Shown here piece by piece: positions 37,342 to 42,884 of a stretch of 42,884 bases of DNA. The translations under genes were made by a program, and so were the position numbers. Position 1 is the stretch's first letter; each line of letters begins with the position of its first letter. This stretch comes from Alphaproteobacteria bacterium (GTDB taxonomy: Bacteria; Pseudomonadota; Alphaproteobacteria; WRAU01; JBIIMR01): contig JBIIMR010000001.1 of assembly GCA_044337895.1 (NCBI GenBank), forward strand, positions 1 to 42,884, in the 5' to 3' direction. The notes below the pieces were generated by a model, which had not been told where the DNA came from, made no database searches, and was given only the letters and a program-made list of their open reading frames with translations.

Positions 37342-39442
37342 TTTTTATGAAGATATATTGCATTTACAAGAATACATACACAAAAATTATTTTATTTTAT
37401 CAAGTATTTCCTTTATTTTAGGAATCCATAACTACTTCATTACAACAAAAACCATATTTTTTTTATATTTATTTTTATGTTGTATCCCTCTGCTATTGTA
37501 TTTTATTTATAAAAAACATCGTTTTTTAATTTATATAATGGGTATCTTAATATTTTATTTAGTAGGAACGATAGTTGTTATTTTCCATTCTTATCTAAAT
37601 GATACAATTTTATTACAACATAATTTGTTTGGTAAAGAAATCACAGGTAAGATTATTTCAATTTCCAGTAATGAAAATAACAAAAATACAATCTTATTAA
37701 AAGATGTAACAATCAAGACTTATAAAAATCTTCAACTAAAAAGAGTAATTGTTTACACCAACGAATCTATTTTTAACGAGTTAAATCAAAAAAAATTATT
37801 ACAATCAAAAATTACATTTTTTGGCAACTTATATGCAAGCAATCCACCATTATCTCCCTATGGTTTCAATTTTAAACTAAACGATTATTTCAATCACATT
37901 TCTGCCAAAGGATACATTAAAAAAATTATAACCATAAAAACAGATAATAACACTTCTTCCAATCCAAATAAGTTATCTTTTTATTATCAAGGTTTTCAAT
38001 TGCAAGTATCAAAAATTCATAATTTTCTTTCCAATACAATAACTCAATTTTCATCAAATAGCGATTCTGCCAATATTATTAAAGCAGTTTTATTAGGAGA
38101 TAAACTAACACTTAATCAATCATTAAAAGATAATTTAAGCAAATCAAGCTTAATGCATATTATAACAATCTCAGGATACCACATTAGTTTTATAACTTTA
38201 ATAATCTTTTTTGCAATTAGAAAATCCATAGCAATTATTCCAAGGATTAATATTTATTTTAATTCTCAAATTATTGCAGCAATCTTTACAATTCCTATAA
38301 TTTTTTGTTATATTACTTTAATAGGATATAAGATTCCCGCATTAAGAGCATACCTAATGGTTGTCTTTTTATTAATAGGATTAATTTTCAATAAACAAAT
38401 ACTTTCTATCAATAATTTATTTTTAGTTATTACTGTTTTATTGCTATTTAATCCACATTATATTTATTCATTAAGTTTTTTATTATCTGTTATTGCAACC
38501 TTATCACTATTTATTATTTACAGTAATAGTTATTTTATAAATTTTCAAAAGAACTATTTTCAAAGCAAATTAGGGATAGTTGTGAGATTTTTTATTACAA
38601 TTTTTTTAGTAAGTTTATTTATCAATTTTTTAATCAATCCATTAATTTCACATTATTTTAATTTTATTCCATTATTAGGATTTTTAGCTAATATATTAGT
38701 GATTCCACTTTTTTCTTTTTTCATAATGCCAAGCTTAATTGCTTTTATACTTTTAATTTTACCTTTTAAAAATTTTGCTATCTTTTTATTAGGAATAAGC
38801 AACTTAGGAATTTCTATTATGTTAAAGTTATCAGATTTTTTTGCTAATTTTAGTTTATCATATGTAGAAGGCAATAATCTTTCTTATCCGGGATTTTTCT
38901 TTTATTTTAGTGGATTAGTTTGTTTAGTTTTGTTACAGCGATTCTATAAGTTAATAGGAATATTTTTTATATTAATTACATATTTTTTAATTTTTACCAC
39001 CCAAAAACCAGATATTATAATTTCACAAGATTTCAAAATAGCGATTCTATTCAATAATAATTACATTATATATAATAAAGGAGATACCAACAAAGACCAA
39101 ATTTTGAAATTTTTAAATATTAAAAATATTTCCAACATTAAATTTAATGAGATTTCAAAATGCGATGATATGGGCTGTTTAATTAATATAAAAAATAAGA
39201 ATATCACAATTCAAAAAAATTCATTTTTAATAGTTGATGATTGTAAAAATGCACACTTAATTATCGCCTATAAGCAAAGTATAAAAACAACTTGCTACAA
39301 TCAAACACAGGTGATAGATAGAAATTATTTAAGAGAAAACGGCTCTATTTACATTTTACTCAATGAACACAACAATATTCTAAAAATTATTGCAAATAAG
39401 CTACCTTTAAAAAAACCGTGGAACAAATACTTTAATAATTAA
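37322..39442 (+). CDS. comEC: ComEC/Rec2-family DNA internalisation channel protein (competence domain only)
   Basis: 706 aa. The N-terminal TM helices and an OB-like region are followed by a polytopic competence domain with SSLMHIITISGYHISFI (the family motif is HLLAISGLH). The TTG start overlaps the kinase end by 20 nt, so the start is uncertain. Confidence 0.8.
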   Translation: MPKIKINFYEDILHLQEYIHKNYFILSSISFILGIHNYFITTKTIFFLYLFLCCIPLLLYFIYKKHRFLIYIMGILIFYLVGTIVVIFHSYLNDTILLQHNLFGKEITGKIISISSNENNKNTILLKDVTIKTYKNLQLKRVIVYTNESIFNELNQKKLLQSKITFFGNLYASNPPLSPYGFNFKLNDYFNHISAKGYIKKIITIKTDNNTSSNPNKLSFYYQGFQLQVSKIHNFLSNTITQFSSNSDSANIIKAVLLGDKLTLNQSLKDNLSKSSLMHIITISGYHISFITLIIFFAIRKSIAIIPRINIYFNSQIIAAIFTIPIIFCYITLIGYKIPALRAYLMVVFLLIGLIFNKQILSINNLFLVITVLLLFNPHYIYSLSFLLSVIATLSLFIIYSNSYFINFQKNYFQSKLGIVVRFFITIFLVSLFINFLINPLISHYFNFIPLLGFLANILVIPLFSFFIMPSLIAFILLILPFKNFAIFLLGISNLGISIMLKLSDFFANFSLSYVEGNNLSYPGFFFYFSGLVCLVLLQRFYKLIGIFFILITYFLIFTTQKPDIIISQDFKIAILFNNNYIIYNKGDTNKDQILKFLNIKNISNIKFNEISKCDDMGCLINIKNKNITIQKNSFLIVDDCKNAHLIIAYKQSIKTTCYNQTQVIDRNYLRENGSIYILLNEHNNILKIIANKLPLKKPWNKYFNN

Positions 39443-39444
39443 TG

Positions 39445-39990
39445 TTATTTCATATTATTTGTTGTATAATTTTTATTATAAACCTTACAAATCATGTTAA
39501 TTACATATTGTATTTTACAAAAATCCATTTCTACTATATTTTCTTTAAAATATATAACATGATTTTTTTTAGAGTCATCAAATAGATGTAAAATAACATT
39601 GATTCCCATATTAATTAAAGTCATACTAATTTCACCCCTAATATCACGATTCACATCTAAATCAGGAGCTAAAAATATTATTTCTAAAGGGCTATTTTTT
39701 AAATCATCTTCTAATTGAAATTCAATACATTTAAAATTTTTTAATAAATCTAGACTAAAAGGACTATCTATTATCAGCACCAAAGTTTTATGGATTAAAA
39801 AAGGATCTTCAAAAGAATCAATAACATTAACATTTTTATATATTTTATCTAAATAAAAAGAATGCACACTAACAGACGAATAATAATTAGCAGAAGACTT
39901 AGCTGTTAACCATCTTAAATCGACATAAATTATTTCATTTTTTTCAATATAATTTTTGATAGTATCAATATTTTTTAAATCAATATTCAT
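39445..39990 (-). CDS. hypothetical protein with patchy resemblance to glutamine synthetase (possible GlnA relic)
   Basis: 181-aa ORF with AGGGA about 12 nt upstream. Segments IIYVDLRW, DPFLIHKTLVLIIDS and DIRGEISMTLINMGINVILH...KIQYVINMICKVY appear in the same order as E. coli GlnA FVDLRF, DPFFADSTLIIRCDI and [23 protein letters not shown]...IQIYKYVVHNVAHRFG. This is a memory-based comparison. Confidence 0.45.
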   Translation of the reverse strand: MNIDLKNIDTIKNYIEKNEIIYVDLRWLTAKSSANYYSSVSVHSFYLDKIYKNVNVIDSFEDPFLIHKTLVLIIDSPFSLDLLKNFKCIEFQLEDDLKNSPLEIIFLAPDLDVNRDIRGEISMTLINMGINVILHLFDDSKKNHVIYFKENIVEMDFCKIQYVINMICKVYNKNYTTNNMK

Positions 39991-40328
39991 TTATATAATT
40001 TTCCCTAATATTTTGTATTAAATAATAAACATTATATAATACTTTTTTATTAATATTAAAATTATACCACACATTTTTTTCACTTTATACTTTATATTTT
40101 AATAATAATTAGTTAGTATTAAGTATATATAAAACAAACAATAAATATATAAAACATTTATGTAAAAATAAATACACTAATGCAAATAATTAACTATTTT
40201 TTAATAAACTTATGTTAAATTATTAAGTATGGAGGCAGATGTGTATATTTATTTATGTGTTTTTAAAAATTATTAATAAGTATATTAATTTGTAATCCAT
40301 TAATCATTAATCATAAGGAGAAGTTATT

Positions 40329-41366
40329 ATGACCTTAGTTCCATTAAAAGTTTTATTAGATAATGCTGCCGAGCATAGCTATGGGCATCCTGCATTTAAT
40401 ATAAGCAATTTAGAACATGTTCATGCTGTCTTTAAAGCGGCAAAAAAACATAATTCACCTGTTGTAATCCAGTATAGTCGTAGTGCTAGAAAATATGCAT
40501 CAGATGTATTTATTAAAGAGATGTTAAATGCTATTGCAAAGGAATACCGGGGTATTCCATTTGCAGTGCATCAAGACCATGGAAATTCAATCCAAACTTG
40601 TTTAACTGCAATTCAAACAGGATTTTCTTCAGTTATGATAGACGGATCCTTAGAAGCAGACGGCAAAACCCCATCTAGTTTTGAATACAATGTAGAAATT
40701 ACAAAAAAGATGACAGAACTAGCACACAGCATGGGAGTTTCAGTGGAAGGTGAGCTAGGAGTATTAGGATCGCTTGAAACAGGAATGGGAGATAAAGAAG
40801 ACGGCCACGGTGCAGAAGGTATTTTATCTAAAGAACAACTTTTAACAGATCCAAAACAAGCAGCAGAATTTGTAAAATTAACCAATGTAGATAGTTTAGC
40901 AGTAGCAATAGGAACATCCCACGGAGCATACAAATTTACAAGAAAGCCAACAGGAGAAATTTTAGCAATAGACAGAATCGCAGAAATTTCAAAGGCAACA
41001 GGCGGAGCTCATTTAGTAATGCACGGATCTTCAAGTGTTCCCCAAGCAATTCAAGATATGATTAATCAATACGGCGGAATCATACCACAAACCTATGGAG
41101 TTCCAATAGAAGAGATTCAAAAAGGAATCAAAAATGGTGTAAGAAAAGTCAATATTGATACAGATTTAAGAATGGCTTTCACAGCAGGTATTCGTAAAGT
41201 ATTTACAGAAGATAAATCAGAATTTGATCCAAGAAAATATTTAACAGAAGCATCAAACATAATGCAAAAAGTATGCGAAGAAAGATTTGAACAATTTGGA
41301 TGCATAAACAAAGCATCAACAGTTAAAATCAGAACTTTAGCAGATTTAGCTAACTTAAAAATATAA
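40329..41366 (+). CDS. fba: class II fructose-bisphosphate aldolase
   Basis: 345 aa with PAFNISNLE, VHQDHG, SVMIDGS, VEGELG, GTSHGAYKF, LVMHGSS and NIDTDLR motifs. AAGGAG lies 8 nt upstream. Confidence 0.95.
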   Translation: MTLVPLKVLLDNAAEHSYGHPAFNISNLEHVHAVFKAAKKHNSPVVIQYSRSARKYASDVFIKEMLNAIAKEYRGIPFAVHQDHGNSIQTCLTAIQTGFSSVMIDGSLEADGKTPSSFEYNVEITKKMTELAHSMGVSVEGELGVLGSLETGMGDKEDGHGAEGILSKEQLLTDPKQAAEFVKLTNVDSLAVAIGTSHGAYKFTRKPTGEILAIDRIAEISKATGGAHLVMHGSSSVPQAIQDMINQYGGIIPQTYGVPIEEIQKGIKNGVRKVNIDTDLRMAFTAGIRKVFTEDKSEFDPRKYLTEASNIMQKVCEERFEQFGCINKASTVKIRTLADLANLKI

Positions 41367-41379
41367 AACATTTTTTGCA

Positions 41380-42884
41380 ATGTTTTTCTTTAGATATGAA
41401 GCAATAAAGTTAGTAATTTTTACTGCAATATTCTTCATATCTACTTTTTTGATAGAAATAATATTAAACTATAATATCAATCTTATATTATTAGGTAGTA
41501 AAATCAAACTAGGCGACCTAATTTTTAACACTATTCTAATTTTATTATTTTCATTTTTTTATAGAAGATTATTTTTAATATTTTGGATATTCATTTCAGT
41601 TTTATTCCATATAATTAATCAATATGGCAGAATAACCCAAGAAATATTTACAACAATTTTAAATACCAACAAACAAGAGTCCATTGAGTATTTATTAAAT
41701 AGTGTTCCATTAACAGACTATCTTACTATTTTTGGCAGTATTTTAGCAGGATTATTCTATACATTTTACATAGTTAATCCAGTTTATATAAAGTATAAAA
41801 ACACTAAAATTTTCCCAAAAATCCATGTTTATTTATCTATCATCCCTTTATTTTTTTTATATATTGCAAGCACACAGGTTTCAAAATCCCTCAATAGATA
41901 TTTTAAAGATATTATATATTCAATAAATTTTAATACAGAATCAACTCTTACCAAAAAAAGTACTATCAAAATCACCAAAATACATCCAACAAAATATAAT
42001 ACCTATGTTGTTATTATAGGAGAATCCAATATAAAAAATTACATGTCTTTATATGGATACAAAGAAAAAACAACTCCATTTTTAGATAAAATTCCCAAAA
42101 TTTATATAGACGGATTCATAGCTCCAGCAAATAACACAGAAAAAGCTATACCACTTTATCTTTCTCCTTCTAAAGATTTTAAAGTAATCAATTCTGAGAA
42201 TAATGTTATTAATTTATCTAAAAAAGCAGGCTATAAAACCTATTATTTATCTTCTAATTCCCATATTCATCCTAATAATATATCAGGTTCTATTGCATTA
42301 AACAGTGATTATGCTTTTGATATAATAGGCTATGGAGATTTTGCATTAATGGATAAAATTAAATCAGCACTTAATTATAAAGATAAAAAAGTAGTATTTA
42401 TTCATATTTATGGCAACCATGTAGATGCTTGCACTAGATTAAAAAACGATAACTATCCATTATTATACAATGAATATCCTAAAGTTTTAAACTGCTATTT
42501 ATCCTCAATTAATAAGGTAGATTACTTTATTAATGTAGTTTACAATATGTTAAAAGAATCCAATCAATCTTTTTCATTAGTATATTTTTCAGACCATGCC
42601 CAGTCAATAATAAAATCAACAAAAGATAACAATACCTATACAATAGGTAGAATTTTCAACGATTTACAAGTTTATGAAGTCCCATTTATTTTAATCAGTA
42701 GTGATATAAAAAGCACTAAAAAATACACAGTTTTAAGGAGTGGATTAAGATTTGTAGACTTTTTTGCCAACTGGATAGGTGTAGAAACCAATATCACAGA
42801 CAATAAATTTGATATTTTTAAATCCAAAGCAGATAAAAATATTAAAGCAATAAGCTTCCAAGGTAAGGTAGTAGATTATAAAGA
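41380..42884 (+). CDS. phosphoethanolamine transferase / sulfatase-family membrane enzyme (EptA-like), 3'-truncated by the window edge
   Basis: Hand translation from ATG 41380 stays open to the window end (501 codons). It is absent from the track because it is truncated. About 5 N-terminal TM helices are followed by a sulfatase-like domain: VVIIGESNIKNYMSLYGYKEKTTPFLD, HIYGNHVDACTRL and YFSDHA. Confidence 0.8.
   Translation, partial: MFFFRYEAIKLVIFTAIFFISTFLIEIILNYNINLILLGSKIKLGDLIFNTILILLFSFFYRRLFLIFWIFISVLFHIINQYGRITQEIFTTILNTNKQESIEYLLNSVPLTDYLTIFGSILAGLFYTFYIVNPVYIKYKNTKIFPKIHVYLSIIPLFFLYIASTQVSKSLNRYFKDIIYSINFNTESTLTKKSTIKITKIHPTKYNTYVVIIGESNIKNYMSLYGYKEKTTPFLDKIPKIYIDGFIAPANNTEKAIPLYLSPSKDFKVINSENNVINLSKKAGYKTYYLSSNSHIHPNNISGSIALNSDYAFDIIGYGDFALMDKIKSALNYKDKKVVFIHIYGNHVDACTRLKNDNYPLLYNEYPKVLNCYLSSINKVDYFINVVYNMLKESNQSFSLVYFSDHAQSIIKSTKDNNTYTIGRIFNDLQVYEVPFILISSDIKSTKKYTVLRSGLRFVDFFANWIGVETNITDNKFDIFKSKADKNIKAISFQGKVVDYK

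Noticed and set aside
40329-41366. fba looks GC-richer (about 37-45% in sampled lines) than its surroundings; horizontal transfer was considered
   Set aside because: Other highly conserved enzyme genes here (aspS, the PTS gene, tkt) are also well above the intergenic and membrane-gene level. Amino-acid constraint and high expression explain the trend. There are no flanking mobility genes or repeats.
1-42884. Search for CRISPR arrays, transposases, integrases, prophage or toxin-antitoxin or restriction-type defence genes
   Set aside because: No regularly spaced direct repeats were seen. No ORF has recombinase, transposase or nuclease motifs. The tRNA-His flanks are ordinary genes. The RatA-like SRPBCC protein sits next to lipA in the housekeeping context typical of COQ10-like proteins and has no antitoxin partner.

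Overview
This is a very AT-rich, gene-dense chromosomal segment. Sampled 60-nt lines gave about 22% GC in membrane-protein genes and 35-45% in conserved enzyme genes; I did not compute GC for the whole window. The genetic code is standard: TGA is a stop, as in the ATGA stop/start overlap at 12677-12680. The content looks like a Gram-negative, probably host-associated proteobacterium with a reduced genome. Supporting signs are the xseB-ispA-dxs gene order, lipA next to a COQ10/RatA-like SRPBCC gene, dapA-smpB adjacency, and the presence of DsbD, PgpA and a phosphoethanolamine transferase. A tRNA-His with encoded G-1:C73 argues against the alphaproteobacterial clade that lost G-1. Most of the window is housekeeping genes in tight operons: aspS-xseB-ispA-dxs-DMT; feoAB; tkt-rpe-DUF502-lipA-SRPBCC; dapA-smpB; mnmA; galE; nupC-deoA-HAD; a PTS EIICB gene; gltX-dsbD; pnuC-kinase-comEC; and fba followed by a pEtN transferase. 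I found one tRNA (His). I found no rRNA, CRISPR array, transposase, integrase or recognisable defence system. The items most worth follow-up are listed here. (1) An RquA-like rhodoquinone-biosynthesis methyltransferase-fold gene, co-oriented with a non-canonical NodB-like deacetylase. (2) An orphan promoter-hairpin-terminator unit that looks like a roughly 125-nt sRNA. (3) A 181-aa ORF that reads like a collapsed relic of glutamine synthetase. (4) An overlapping pnuC / choline-thiamine-kinase-fold / comEC operon, with a ComEC that lacks the beta-lactamase-type motif. (5) A DsbD homologue with only 5 of the 6 relay cysteines. (6) Many short in-frame tandem duplications and hexanucleotide repeats in envelope protein genes. 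All family assignments come from motif recognition by eye and memory, not from database searches.
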